Positions 18,879 to 31,943 of a DNA stretch of 64,000 bases are shown here, piece by piece. The position numbers and the translations under genes are program-made. The notes beneath the pieces were generated by a model, which saw only the letters and a program-made list of their open reading frames with translations, was not told the DNA's origin and ran no database searches. Position 1 is the first letter of the stretch, and every line of letters starts with the position of its first letter. This DNA comes from Pontixanthobacter sp. (lineage in GTDB: Bacteria; Pseudomonadota; Alphaproteobacteria; Sphingomonadales; Sphingomonadaceae). Location: positions 520,519 through 584,518 of the forward strand of contig CBDCXY010000017.1 of NCBI GenBank assembly GCA_965223995.1, given 5' to 3'.

Positions 18879-19838
18879 CTACTCGGCCGCGAGCGGCATT
18901 CCGCTCTGCCTTCCCATCTCGGCCACTTCTTCGCCAAGCACCCGCACCAGCCCACCAATAAGCCGCCCAAGACCTACCAGCCCGTCTGTGGTGTTGGTCC
19001 AGTTCGGGTCGAGATAGCGTGAGCGGCAGATTTCGAGTTGGATAGCATGGACACCCTGCGCAGGGACGGCGTGACGGTCGAGGACGTAACCGCCGGAATA
19101 GGGGCGATTATGCGAAACGCTCGATCCATTCTCAGCGAAATATCTGAGAGCGGATGCGACGAGATGGTCATTGGCAGAGGCCCCGAACCGGTCGCCGAGG
19201 ACAAATTCGACCGGTAGGTCGTCGACGCCCGCCTTCTTGAGTGGCGGCATCGAATGCAAATCAAGCAACAACGCGGCACCCCAGCGATCACGCAACTTCC
19301 GCAGGGTATTGGCCAGAATCGAATGGTAGGGCAGGTGTATCTGCCTGATTCGCGCGGCGAGTTCGGCTTCGCTCAACCGTCGGTTCCAGATTTCTCCCAG
19401 TCCGGGCAATCGCCGCGGCACCAGCCCCAACCCGCTACGCGCGCGGCGATTTGCCGCCGAGTGTTTGATTCGTGTAGGCGCTACGTCGGCAACCATTTCC
19501 CAATCGACGTCATCAACGCTGCGGTTAAGATCCAGCATCGCGCGCGGAGCTTCGGCAACAAGCAGGCCTGCTCCCGTCACCCGGCTGATCTCACCCGCAA
19601 TCCGGTCTACATAACGGTCTTCAAGACGAACCTTCGAATAGGCCGCATCGCGCATTGTTCTGAGCACTGCATCTGGATAGCAACGACCGGCATGCGGAAC
19701 GGCCAGCAAAACCGGGATCGGCATGTCATCGCGCAGCGCAAGCGAATAGGCAGCCTTACGGGTTCCCGGAATTACCCCGCCAGTTGCTATCTCGCCAAGT
19801 CCGCCCGTTTCAACGGGTTGTTCGCTGTCCTTTACCAT
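18879..19838 (-). CDS. N-formylglutamate amidohydrolase family protein
   Basis: VLLAVPHAGR...LDLNRS...LLLDLHSMP matches the FGase family pattern. Confidence 0.75.
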   Translation of the reverse strand: MVKDSEQPVETGGLGEIATGGVIPGTRKAAYSLALRDDMPIPVLLAVPHAGRCYPDAVLRTMRDAAYSKVRLEDRYVDRIAGEISRVTGAGLLVAEAPRAMLDLNRSVDDVDWEMVADVAPTRIKHSAANRRARSGLGLVPRRLPGLGEIWNRRLSEAELAARIRQIHLPYHSILANTLRKLRDRWGAALLLDLHSMPPLKKAGVDDLPVEFVLGDRFGASANDHLVASALRYFAENGSSVSHNRPYSGGYVLDRHAVPAQGVHAIQLEICRSRYLDPNWTNTTDGLVGLGRLIGGLVRVLGEEVAEMGRQSGMPLAAE

Positions 19839-19923
19839 TAACGCCCGTGCTGAACGCTTCTTGGCGATGTGTCAAAGCAGGCCAAGTTCGACAAAGCCAA
19901 AGATTTCTTAAGTCACTCGCGCT

Positions 19924-20325
19924 ATGGGCATCGGCATGACGGAATCACCTGCCCTGCGAATCCTCCTCGCCGAGGATGAAGAAGCCATGCGCACCTATCT
20001 GGCGCGCGCGCTCGAAAAGAACGGATATGAAGTCGTTTCGGTTGATCGCGGAACCGAAGCCTTGCCGATGCTCGAAAAGGAGCATTTCGATCTCTTGCTC
20101 TCGGACATTGTCATGCCTGAAATGGACGGCATCGAGCTCGCCCAGCGTTGCAACGAGGTAAGCCCGTCAACCAAGGTGATGTTCATTACGGGGTTCGCCG
20201 CAGTCACTCTCAAAGCCAGCCGTGAACAACCGCAGGCAAAGGTGTTGTCCAAGCCATTTCACCTGCGCGATCTCGTGCTCGAGGTGGAACGCGTATTTGA
20301 AGATCAGGCGCAGGCGACCCGATAA
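19924..20325 (+). CDS. cpdR: single-domain response regulator, CpdR-like
   Basis: REC domain with ILLAEDEE, the phospho-acceptor context LLLSDIVMPEMDG, and KPF. An alternative ATG lies at 19936. The CpdR call rests on the domain architecture and the alphaproteobacterial context. Confidence 0.6.
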   Translation: MGIGMTESPALRILLAEDEEAMRTYLARALEKNGYEVVSVDRGTEALPMLEKEHFDLLLSDIVMPEMDGIELAQRCNEVSPSTKVMFITGFAAVTLKASREQPQAKVLSKPFHLRDLVLEVERVFEDQAQATR

Positions 20326-20411
20326 CACAAATCTGGAATTCACCCTCTTGCGCCGCCTCGGTGCTGACGCTAGAGGGCGCGTCTGCCGCAAAAGCGGCAC
20401 GATGACGGTGC

Positions 20412-20486
20412 GGGCGTATAGCTCAGTGGTAGAGCACTGTATTGACATTGCAGGGGTCGGAAGTTCAACTCTTCCTACGCCCACCA
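20412..20486 (+). tRNA. tRNA-Val (anticodon GAC)
   Basis: A manual cloverleaf fold works. Acceptor stem gggcgta/tacgccc, D arm gctc-agtggta-gagc, anticodon stem ctgta/tgcag with loop ttGACat, T arm ggaag-ttcaact-cttcc, and an encoded CCA. Confidence 0.9.
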
Positions 20487-20496
20487 TCATCCTGAA

Positions 20497-20530
20497 AAGG
20501 CGTCGCAATTGCGGCGCCTTTTGCGTTCTT
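20497..20530 (+). terminator. intrinsic terminator after tRNA-Val
   Basis: Stem aaggcgtcgc / gcggcgcctt with loop aatt, followed by a T-rich tail. Confidence 0.7.
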
Positions 20531-20654
20531 CGTCAGTAAAATCTCTCTATTCGGCAGTCAAAGTTCATACGATCTTCCGTCGAATGCTTACAAAAAGCGT
20601 GCGTAACTGCTAGGATTTCCACGTCGCAGTGGGGAGAACTGGGAGGACTGTTGA

Positions 20655-22085
20655 ATGTCGAAGAACATTCTGATCTTTTCTGATGGTACGGGCCAGTTCG
20701 GGGGGCTTCGCCCCGACCAGAGACTTTCCAATGTTTACAAGATGTACAGGGCGATGCGCCCCGGCCCCGATTCTCCGATCCGCTATGACCGCCAGATAGC
20801 CTATTACGATCCCGGATTGGGAGCCGGCGAAGTCGAGGGTATCACCCTGCGCAAAATCAAGAACGGTCTTGAGGCGGCTGTCGGAACCGGAATCGATAGC
20901 AACGTCATCGATTGCTACGAGAAAATTCTTGAATTCTACAAGCCGGGTGATCGCATATTCCTGTTCGGCTTCTCGAGGGGTGCGTACACGGTCAGATCGC
21001 TGGCCAACGTGATGAACCTGTGCGGTATTCCAACGCGGCTGCCCGATTGGCGTCCGCTTCCGCCCAAGGGACCAGCCCTTCGAAAGATCGCGCGCGAAGC
21101 AGTGAAGTCGGTCTATGGCCATGGAGCCGGAAAACCTAGGGGGGATGAACCCTATCTTTCCCAGCGAGAGGAAAAGGGGCGGCGGTTCCGCGACAAATAT
21201 GGCAGCGCACCCACCGGTGGGAAGCCTAATAAACAGGGCAACAAGCAGCCCGACTTTATCGGGGTTTTCGATACAGTTGCGGCGCTGGGCAATGCGATCT
21301 TGAAGCGAACGGTCCGGATCAGTTTTGGAGCTGCAGCGGTGCTTCTAGTTGCGGGGTTTTCCGACAATTGGTCCAATTGGCTCACAGTGCCGATCCTTGT
21401 CGTGACAGTGATATTGGCGGCACTCTACCTTCTCGCCATCATCTCCAATATCAGACTGTTCGATCCCGACCCGGACAAGCCGCTGAAGTGGTATGATCCC
21501 GGAGACTGGCTGGCGATAGCGCGCAATTTTCATCTCACATCGTGGAACCGTAAAAACTATGATCGCTGGCTCGATGGTGATGTCGGCTTCGCCCGGCACG
21601 CACTCGCCATCGACGAGCAGCGCGCCGATTTTCCGCGTGTGGGCTGGGCAAGCCAGAGCGAATATCTAAAGAACGCGCATAAGAACCCACCGTGGCTCAA
21701 ACAGGTCTGGTTTGCGGGATGCCACTCGGATATCGGCGGCAGCTATCTCGAAACGGAATCGCGCCTGAGCGACATCGCATTGAAGTGGATGGTCGACGAG
21801 TTGAACGCCTGTTTTCCCTCGGTCCAGTATCGCCCGGAGATGCTCGTCGTATCTCCCGACCCCAAGGGTCTTCAGCATGAGGAAAAGATCCTCAAGCGCA
21901 TCTTCGGCATACCGCTGAACTGGCGGACCAAGCCCAGGCTGCTCGACCCCAGCGCAGAATTGCACGACAGCGTCTTCGAGCGGCTGGAGGCGGATCATGT
22001 CCCGCATTCAGATGAGATCAAGCCCTACCGACCCGAGCAGCTTCGTCATCACAAGATCGCCTCCAAGTATTTTCCCGGCAAATAG
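20655..22085 (+). CDS. DUF2235 (Tle1-like alpha/beta hydrolase / phospholipase) protein with an internal pair of transmembrane helices
   Basis: N-terminal IFSDGTG, lipase-type GFSRGA (GxSxG), FDTVAALG and HSDIGGSY. A hydrophobic insert, AAAVLLVAGF...LTVPILVVTVILAALYLLAII, sits in the middle. The ATG is preceded by GGGAGG. Confidence 0.7.
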   Translation: MSKNILIFSDGTGQFGGLRPDQRLSNVYKMYRAMRPGPDSPIRYDRQIAYYDPGLGAGEVEGITLRKIKNGLEAAVGTGIDSNVIDCYEKILEFYKPGDRIFLFGFSRGAYTVRSLANVMNLCGIPTRLPDWRPLPPKGPALRKIAREAVKSVYGHGAGKPRGDEPYLSQREEKGRRFRDKYGSAPTGGKPNKQGNKQPDFIGVFDTVAALGNAILKRTVRISFGAAAVLLVAGFSDNWSNWLTVPILVVTVILAALYLLAIISNIRLFDPDPDKPLKWYDPGDWLAIARNFHLTSWNRKNYDRWLDGDVGFARHALAIDEQRADFPRVGWASQSEYLKNAHKNPPWLKQVWFAGCHSDIGGSYLETESRLSDIALKWMVDELNACFPSVQYRPEMLVVSPDPKGLQHEEKILKRIFGIPLNWRTKPRLLDPSAELHDSVFERLEADHVPHSDEIKPYRPEQLRHHKIASKYFPGK

Positions 22086-22182
22086 GTATGTGCCGCTTCG
22101 GGTTCTGAGGCGGAAGCCACCTTGCCTCCGCGCGCCTCTCTGCTAAAGCGCGCGCAACCCTCACACAGGCAGCAGGAAACCC

Positions 22183-23400
22183 ATGGCGAAAATCACCGTG
22201 AAGAACCCGGTCGTCGAACTCGACGGCGATGAAATGACCAAGATCATCTGGCAATGGATCCGCGAGCGGCTGATCCTGCCCTATCTCGATATCGATCTGA
22301 AATATTACGATCTGTCGATCGAGAAACGCGACGAAACGGATGACCAGATCACGATCGATGCGGCCAACGCGATCAAGGAACACGGTGTCGGCGTGAAATG
22401 CGCGACCATTACGCCCGATGAGGCACGCGTTGAAGAATTCGGCCTGAAAAAGATGTGGCGCTCGCCCAATGGCACGATCCGCAACATCCTGGGCGGTGTG
22501 GTTTTCCGCGAGCCCATCGTGATCGACAATGTCCCGCGCCTCGTACCCGGTTGGACCGATCCCATCGTGGTCGGTCGTCATGCTTTTGGCGACCAGTACC
22601 GCGCGACCGATACGCTGATCCCCGGCGCGGGCAAGCTGCGCCTCGTTTTCGAGGGTGAGAACGGGGAGAATATCGATCTCGACGTGTTCGAATTCCAGTC
22701 GAGCGGCGTCGCGATGGCGATGTACAATCTCGACGATTCGATCCGCGACTTTGCGCGCGCTTCGATGAATTACGGGCTCGACCGCGGCTGGCCGGTTTAC
22801 CTCTCGACCAAGAACACGATTATGAAAGCCTATGACGGTCGCTTCAAGGATCTGTTCGAGGAAGTGTTCGAGAGTGAATTCAAGGACAAGTTCGAAGAAG
22901 CCGGTATCCACTACGAGCACCGCCTGATCGACGATATGGTCGCAGCGGCGATGAAGTGGAACGGCAAGTTCGTCTGGGCCTGTAAGAACTATGACGGCGA
23001 CGTCCAGTCGGACACTGTCGCACAGGGTTTTGGTTCGCTGGGCCTGATGACCTCTGTGCTGATGACTCCGTCGGGTGATTGTGTCGAAGCCGAGGCTGCG
23101 CACGGAACCGTGACCCGCCACTATCGCCAGCACCAGGAAGGCAAGGCAACCTCGACCAACCCGATTGCGTCGATTTTCGCCTGGACACGCGGGCTTATGT
23201 ATCGCGGCAAGTTCGACGGCACACCCGATGTCGTCAAATTCGCCGAAACGCTCGAGCGCGTCTGCATCGAGACGGTCGAAAACGGCCAGATGACCAAGGA
23301 TCTCGCGCTGCTGATCGGTCCGCAACAGAACTGGCTCACCACCGAACAGTTCTTCGAGGCAATCGTGACCAATCTCGAAAAAGAGATGGCCGCCGCCTGA
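22183..23400 (+). CDS. icd: NADP-dependent isocitrate dehydrogenase (homodimeric, eukaryote-like type)
   Basis: 405-aa protein with [12 protein letters not shown] and KCATITPDE, and full-length similarity to the type II IDH pattern. Confidence 0.9.
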   Translation: MAKITVKNPVVELDGDEMTKIIWQWIRERLILPYLDIDLKYYDLSIEKRDETDDQITIDAANAIKEHGVGVKCATITPDEARVEEFGLKKMWRSPNGTIRNILGGVVFREPIVIDNVPRLVPGWTDPIVVGRHAFGDQYRATDTLIPGAGKLRLVFEGENGENIDLDVFEFQSSGVAMAMYNLDDSIRDFARASMNYGLDRGWPVYLSTKNTIMKAYDGRFKDLFEEVFESEFKDKFEEAGIHYEHRLIDDMVAAAMKWNGKFVWACKNYDGDVQSDTVAQGFGSLGLMTSVLMTPSGDCVEAEAAHGTVTRHYRQHQEGKATSTNPIASIFAWTRGLMYRGKFDGTPDVVKFAETLERVCIETVENGQMTKDLALLIGPQQNWLTTEQFFEAIVTNLEKEMAAA

Positions 23401-23425
23401 ATGCTCTGACTTGAACCCGCTAAAA

Positions 23426-23459
23426 GGCCGGGAGCGCGATGCCGTTCCCGGCCTTTTTT
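23426..23459 (+). terminator. intrinsic terminator after icd
   Basis: Stem ggccggga / tcccggcc followed by tttttt. Confidence 0.75.
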
Positions 23460-23526
23460 CGTGCCCTCCCCAATTTGCCGCATCGGGGTAAGTGACATCA
23501 GCTCCGTCGGCCGATAGACTATCGGC

Positions 23527-25280
23527 ATGGCAGGGGAACTCGACACATCATCGATGGGCGATGCGCTGGTGATTCTGGGCGCTGCGGGTCTCGTCATCCC
23601 TGTCTTCACCCGCTTTCGCATCACCCCGGTCATCGGGTTTATTCTGATCGGCATAGCGGTTGGCCCGTTCGGCCTGGGCAAGCTCGTCTATGACGTGCCC
23701 TGGCTCAGTCACGTCACGATAACCGATCCCGAGGCGCTCGAACCCTTCGCCGAATTCGGGATAATCCTGCTGCTGTTCACCATCGGGCTGGAGCTGTCCT
23801 TCAAGCGATTGTGGCAACTGCGCAAACTCGTCTTCGGGCTCGGCGCGCTCGAGTTGCTGATCATCGGGACGATCCTGGCCATCGTGCTGTCGATGATGGG
23901 GCAGTATTGGACTGGGGCGATGGCGCTGGGCCTTGCGCTTGCTTTTTCCTCCACTGCAATCGTGTTGCCGATCTCCGGCACCTCCTCGCCCGTTGGCCGT
24001 GCGGCGCTATCGATGCTGCTGTTCGAAGATATCATGATCGTGCCGATCATCTTCATCCTCGGCGCGATGGGTCCGGCGGCGCAAGAGAGCGGGTGGGAGG
24101 GTCTGCTCGAAGTATTGCTCTACGGCGGTCTCGTGGTCGCCGCGCTGATGATACTCGGGCGGATTGCTTTGCCCCGATTGTTTGCCCAAGCCGCACGAAC
24201 CAAAAGTCCCGAGCTGTTCCTCGCGGCCAGTCTGCTGGTGGTCATTGGTGCCAGTCTCGCGACCTCGGCGGTTGGCTTGTCACCCATCGTTGGCGCACTG
24301 ATAGCAGGTTTGCTCATCGCGGAGACCGAGTATCACGGCGAGGTCGAGAGCATCATGGAGCCGTTCAAAGGGCTTGCACTGGGCATCTTCCTGATCACCG
24401 TGGGCATGTCGATCGACCTGCTCACAATCTGGGACAATCTCGGTTCGATCCTGTTCGCGGTCATTGCCGTTCTGACCTTCAAGGCTCTCGTTACAGGCAT
24501 CCTTCTTAGGCTCATGGGCGCACGCCGTTCTACCGCTGCCGAGACGGGCATCCTGATGGCCAGCCCGTCGGAAACGACGCTGATCGTGCTGGCGGCGGCG
24601 GGCGCAGCACTACTTATCCAGCCAGGCACCGCGCAGTTCTGGCAGATTGTTACGGCTATCGGCTTGACCATCACCCCGCTGCTCGCACGGCTTGGCCGGG
24701 TGATTGCGCGCCGGGTGGAACCAGCTCCCGAGCTCGAAGAAGATGACCGCGGCGAACCGCCCGTTATTATCATCGGTGTTGGCCGCGTAGGGCGCCTGAT
24801 CGCGCAGATGCTCGATGCGCATGACAAGCCCTACATCTGTGTCGATTCTGATGCTGATATGATCGAGATCGCCAAGCGCAAGGGCTATCGCGCAATATTC
24901 GGCGATGCGGCGCGGGGCGATGCCATGAGCCGACTCGGTGTCGAGCGAAGTCCGGCGGTGGTTCTGACGATGGATGAGCCGGTGCTGGCCGAGCGCCTTA
25001 CGCGGAAATTGCGCAAGGAGCACCCCGACCTGCTGATCGTTGCCCGTGCGCGCGACAGTGCCCATGCTGCGGAACTCTATCGCGCAGGCGCTAGCCATGC
25101 AGTGCCGGAGAACCTCGAAAGCTCGCTACAGCTGTCAGAAGCGGTGCTGGTCGATATCGGCGTTGCGATGGGGCCGGTGATCGCCTCGATCCACGAAAAA
25201 CGCGACGAGTTCCGCGCGAAAATCGAGCAGGAGGGAGAGCTCGATTATCAGCCCAAGCTCAAAACCTCTGCCGAGGCGCC

Positions 25281-25284
<4 letters not shown>
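23527..25284 (+). CDS. CPA2-family monovalent cation:proton antiporter (KefB/KefC-like) with a C-terminal TrkA-N domain
   Basis: About 12 transmembrane segments followed by a Rossmann-type segment, [10 protein letters not shown]. Confidence 0.8.
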
Positions 25285-27932
<2,648 letters not shown>

Positions 27933-28005
27933 CAGGCGCAATTAGGCGCTGACCCGCTTCGCGACAAGCGGTTAAGGGCGGCAATTAGTACGCTGGCGCC
28001 AGCGA

Positions 28006-28830
28006 CTAGCGCGAACTTGCGCTCACAATCCATGCGGCTCCGCGGAAAGCGACCAGCCCGCGATCATCATTATTCGCAACATAACGGCGCAGTTTGACGA
28101 GGAAATCGTCCCTTTCGCGTCCCTCCAGCATCGCCGCAGCGCGCGCTGCCGGACCGATGCGTTGGAAGAACTCCATAGCGTCCGCAACTGCATTATCACC
28201 GGCCCCGGCAATGTAAGCGTAGTCGACCGGCTCAAATATGACGTTCTGCCACCCTGACTCGGTCAGGATACCTTCGACATGTTCGCGTTCGGCAAAGGCG
28301 AAGGGTCCGGGAGAGAACCGGTCGGGCATAACCGTCGTGCCGGGCGGCAGCATTCCCACAATCCGGTCCGCCCAGCTGTTCTCTTCCTGCGAGCGAAAGC
28401 AGGAGAAGACCAGGCGCGCCGCCGGATGGGCGATATTGCGCATATGCGTGAATGCCGCCACCGGATCGTCAAAGAACATCACGCCATGGCGCGAAAGGAG
28501 CAGGTCAGGCTGAAAACTCCCGGGCTGCCATGTGCCCATATCTGCAAGTTCATAGGAGACATTCGGAAGCTGACCGCTTCTCTCTCGCGCGGTCTCGATC
28601 AGCTGCGGCGAGATATCGACCCCGACCACGCTCGCGCCGCTATGGCTGCGTCCGAGAGCCATCGACAACTCGCCGGCGCCGCATCCGATATCGACTGCCT
28701 GACGGAAACGGTGCTGGCGAGCAGCCGTCAGAAGCTGGTCGGTCAATCCGGCGAAACTTCGGTCGGTTCTCTGCCACTCGGCAGCCCACACGTCGCCTAC
28801 TCGGTTTTCCCAATCGAACCTTGTCGTCAT
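28006..28830 (-). CDS. class I SAM-dependent methyltransferase
   Basis: SAM motif I, AVDIGCGAGE, on a 274-aa protein. Substrate unknown. Confidence 0.65.
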   Translation of the reverse strand: MTTRFDWENRVGDVWAAEWQRTDRSFAGLTDQLLTAARQHRFRQAVDIGCGAGELSMALGRSHSGASVVGVDISPQLIETARERSGQLPNVSYELADMGTWQPGSFQPDLLLSRHGVMFFDDPVAAFTHMRNIAHPAARLVFSCFRSQEENSWADRIVGMLPPGTTVMPDRFSPGPFAFAEREHVEGILTESGWQNVIFEPVDYAYIAGAGDNAVADAMEFFQRIGPAARAAAMLEGRERDDFLVKLRRYVANNDDRGLVAFRGAAWIVSASSR

Positions 28831-28942
28831 TGCAGGCCTTTGTCTGGTGAACTGGATACCCCACCTGACGTTGCAACCGATTAACCGCGTCAGGTCAAGT
28901 TCGACTTGAACCGGGTCGCCAATCCATGCTGCCGCTGTTACG

Positions 28943-28983
28943 GTGATGCAAAGAAAAACCGGCGCGGGCAGTGATGCTCGTCG
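28943..28983 (-). terminator. intrinsic terminator downstream of recA
   Basis: Stem accggcgcg / cgcgccggt. The A-run on the + strand gives a T-run on the recA strand. Confidence 0.65.
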
Positions 28984-29053
28984 CGCCGGTTTTCCGTTTT
29001 CCCGGACGCCAGTCTAGTCGACTACGATAGTGCGTCCGCTTGAAAAGATGCGA

Positions 29054-30127
29054 TCAGTCCTTGTCGCTGGCCTCCGCGTCGGGACCTGTCATCATCTCTT
29101 CGGCAACTTCGTCGGTGCGGCCGCGGATCGCAGCTTCCAACTTGTCGCGCATCTCAATATTCTCATCGAGGAAATTCTTTGCGTTCTCGCGCCCCTGCCC
29201 GATCCGGACCGAGTCGTAGGAGAACCACGAGCCCGATTTCTCCACCAGCCCGGCCTTCACGCCGAGATCGAGGATTTCACCGGTCTTCGAAATGCCCTTG
29301 CCATACATGATGTCGAATTCGACCTGCTTGAATGGCGGGGCAACCTTGTTCTTGACCACTTTGACGCGGGTCGAATTGCCGATCACCTCGTCGCGGTCCT
29401 TGATCTGGCCGGTGCGGCGAATGTCGAGACGGACCGAGGCATAAAATTTGAGCGCATTGCCGCCGGTGGTCACTTCGGGATTGCCGTACATCACGCCGAT
29501 CTTCATCCGCAGCTGGTTGATAAAGATCACCATGCATTTGGAACGGTTGATCGAACCGGTCAGCTTGCGCAGGCTCTGCGACATGAGGCGGGCCTGCAGA
29601 CCGACATGGCTGTCGCCCATCTCGCCTTCGATCTCGGCGCGCGGCACCAGTGCGGCGACCGAATCGACCACCAGCACATCGATTGCATTGGAGCGCACCA
29701 GCGTATCGGTAATCTCGAGTGCCTGCTCGCCCGTATCGGGCTGCGACACGATCAGTTCGTCAATATCGACACCCAGCTTGCGGGCATAAACCGGATCGAG
29801 CGCATGTTCGGCATCGACAAAGGCAACCTGCCCGCCCGCCTTCTGCGCCTCTGCCAGCACATGCAGCGCCAGCGTGGTCTTGCCCGAACTTTCCGGACCA
29901 TAGACTTCGATCACGCGGCCTTTGGGCAAACCGCCTATTCCAAGAGCAATATCGAGGCCGAGCGATCCGGTCGAAATCGATTCAACCTCCATCGCCTCTT
30001 TCGAGCCCAGCTTCATCGCCGAACCCTTGCCGAATGCACGGTCGATCTGTGCGAGCGCAGCGTCGAGCGCTTTCTGACGGTCCACGTTGTTTTCCTTACC
30101 TTCTACCAGCTTCAGACTTGCTGCCAT
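29054..30127 (-). CDS. recA: recombinase RecA
   Basis: [10 protein letters not shown], Walker [10 protein letters not shown], and [20 protein letters not shown] taken at 30127. Confidence 0.97.
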   Translation of the reverse strand: MAASLKLVEGKENNVDRQKALDAALAQIDRAFGKGSAMKLGSKEAMEVESISTGSLGLDIALGIGGLPKGRVIEVYGPESSGKTTLALHVLAEAQKAGGQVAFVDAEHALDPVYARKLGVDIDELIVSQPDTGEQALEITDTLVRSNAIDVLVVDSVAALVPRAEIEGEMGDSHVGLQARLMSQSLRKLTGSINRSKCMVIFINQLRMKIGVMYGNPEVTTGGNALKFYASVRLDIRRTGQIKDRDEVIGNSTRVKVVKNKVAPPFKQVEFDIMYGKGISKTGEILDLGVKAGLVEKSGSWFSYDSVRIGQGRENAKNFLDENIEMRDKLEAAIRGRTDEVAEEMMTGPDAEASDKD

Positions 30128-30215
30128 GACACGGCCTCCCAAACTTGCCTAGGGCCAGAGAATTCTTACGCCCGACTCTTCAACTGTTTGGGTATGTACC
30201 CACTTTGTTCTCAAA

Positions 30216-30230
30216 GAACAAGAGTGGAAC
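30216..30230 (-). promoter_or_regulatory. alphaproteobacterial LexA (SOS) box upstream of recA
   Basis: The + strand reads GAACaagagtgGAAC, which is GTTC-N7-GTTC on the recA strand. It overlaps the palindrome ttgttctcaaagaacaa (30206-30221). Confidence 0.75.
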
Positions 30231-30283
30231 AAACATTTTTTCGCGCCCGGCCCGATTGCGCGGTCCTGTCGAGGGAAGGAGCG

Positions 30284-31933
30284 CTATTCCTCGTCGGAGA
30301 AATAGGCATCCGAATGGCGGAGTTTCCAGTCAAACGACTTTGTCGAGTTCGCCGGAATTGTCACTTCAACCACGATGTTGCCATCCTTGATCTTGGTGCG
30401 CTTGCGCGGCCAGCGGACATCATACTCACCCGCCGATCCAATAAGCATGCGAACCTTCACAGGGGCGTTGTTCGCATTGCTCAGTTGTGCGCGCATCTTG
30501 GTCCATTTCCCTGGCGTCTTGTCCGGGTTTTCTGCGGTCACGCGCGAGCATTGGGAAAAGACCAGATTGCTGTCGCCCAGCCCCAGCTCGACATCCTGCC
30601 CTACCGCGTAATCGCGCATATCGAGTTCAGCGACGAGCTGCGTCCCCGCCGATCCTGGTTCGAAAAGGGTGAAACCGCCCATTGGCAGCGACTGGCCCAA
30701 CCCGCGATCCTTTTCGTTCTTCATAAACAGCATCAGGCGAGTGGAATCGTAATCGCCGATATCTTCAGGCTCGTAATACCGGCTGTAGGGTTCGCACCGC
30801 GCGATATAGAAGAACTCGCCACGAACCTTGTCCTTGTTGAGGAACGCGACCTGCTTCATGCCGTTGGCTGCCACGGTCATCGGTTCGGGCACGCGAAACA
30901 GTTTGAGATCGCCGAGTTGCTCTTCGCCGGCCACCACGGCCACTGCGCTGTCCATCATTTCAGCCTCGCGCCGTGAAGCAGTCACCGTAATAGGCGCTGG
31001 GGCCATCATCGGCGGAGGTGGTGGAGGTCGTGACCCGAATAACGCCCTATCCCGATATGACGGCACCGGATCGCCCCGTTTCGTATTGCCCAGCGGATAA
31101 CATTGCAGCCGCAGCGGCTGGCCGGTCGGCGGGTCTGACAGGCCCTGATAATTGCTGTCGACGTTGAGCTTGCCCGCCACCACCAGCAGTTCGGCATCGG
31201 GGAAAGACTGGCCGTTGTCGTTGAGGACTGTCAGCCACGAGAGCAACTTCAGCCCGACCTCGCCCTGCACCCCGCCCTCTTTCAGCGTGCCGACATAATG
31301 CGCCTTCCAGTCGAAACCCCAGGAGATGTAGGTCAGTACGATTTGGTAAGTGCCGCCATTGGGATCGCGTGTATCGATACTAAAGACCGGCCTGGCCGAA
31401 AGGCCGCCGGGAACGCGGTCGAAAGTCAGCTTCTCGGGGAGTCCCGCACAGCGAACCGCTTCGTAACCCTGCGAGGTTTGCAGAACCAGTCCGCCATCGG
31501 CGCGGGTGCGGACGATTGCTTCTTCGCTGGTCGGGACACCCGTGCCGGGATTGGTCCGCGTGATCCGCACGCGATTGCCCAGCGTGCCATCGACCAAGGC
31601 AGCAGGAGACAGAAGGTCGGCGTTGCGGTTCTTTTCAATCGTGCCGCCGGGAAGGCCGGTAACAATCGCGCTGACCGCAACCATCCCTTCGGCAACACCA
31701 TCGAAGCGGATCGTCGATTCCCCTGCCGGAAGCGTAACAGTCCTCGTCTCGCTGATCATCGCGAAGCCGCGCGGATTGTTCCGGTTGATCCGCTGGCTCT
31801 CATAGCGGTCAGGGTCGCGGTAGATCGTGACCGCGAGGCTTTCCGGCTCCGACGCATACACCACCTCGCGCGCGGCGAGTTGCGCTTGCGGAAGCAAGAG
31901 CATCGCCATCAAGGCAACGAGAAGGCGGCGCAT
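30284..31933 (-). CDS. DUF4139 domain protein, secreted
   Basis: 549-aa protein with the signal peptide MRRLLVALMAMLLLPQAQLAA. It is clearly paralogous to the next gene (YRDP.., LLSPAALVDGTLGNRVRITRTNPGTG, FDRVPGGLSARP, W.A.Y). Confidence 0.6.
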   Translation of the reverse strand: MRRLLVALMAMLLLPQAQLAAREVVYASEPESLAVTIYRDPDRYESQRINRNNPRGFAMISETRTVTLPAGESTIRFDGVAEGMVAVSAIVTGLPGGTIEKNRNADLLSPAALVDGTLGNRVRITRTNPGTGVPTSEEAIVRTRADGGLVLQTSQGYEAVRCAGLPEKLTFDRVPGGLSARPVFSIDTRDPNGGTYQIVLTYISWGFDWKAHYVGTLKEGGVQGEVGLKLLSWLTVLNDNGQSFPDAELLVVAGKLNVDSNYQGLSDPPTGQPLRLQCYPLGNTKRGDPVPSYRDRALFGSRPPPPPPMMAPAPITVTASRREAEMMDSAVAVVAGEEQLGDLKLFRVPEPMTVAANGMKQVAFLNKDKVRGEFFYIARCEPYSRYYEPEDIGDYDSTRLMLFMKNEKDRGLGQSLPMGGFTLFEPGSAGTQLVAELDMRDYAVGQDVELGLGDSNLVFSQCSRVTAENPDKTPGKWTKMRAQLSNANNAPVKVRMLIGSAGEYDVRWPRKRTKIKDGNIVVEVTIPANSTKSFDWKLRHSDAYFSDEE

Positions 31934-31943
31934 CGCGCTGGCC

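Noticed and set aside
20412-22182. Classical tRNA-integrated genomic island with att duplication
   Set aside because: I could not find a direct repeat of the tRNA-Val 3-prime end downstream of the DUF2235 gene, and there is no integrase. Only a compositional dip and the tRNA adjacency support acquisition.
22018-23325. 435-aa ORF on the minus strand
   Set aside because: It is entirely antisense to the well-supported icd gene. Its composition is Arg/Ala/His-rich, typical of shadow ORFs in high-GC DNA, and it has no recognisable motifs.
29030-30976. 648-aa ORF on the plus strand
   Set aside because: It is antisense to recA and to the first DUF4139 gene, so it is a shadow ORF of high-GC coding sequence.
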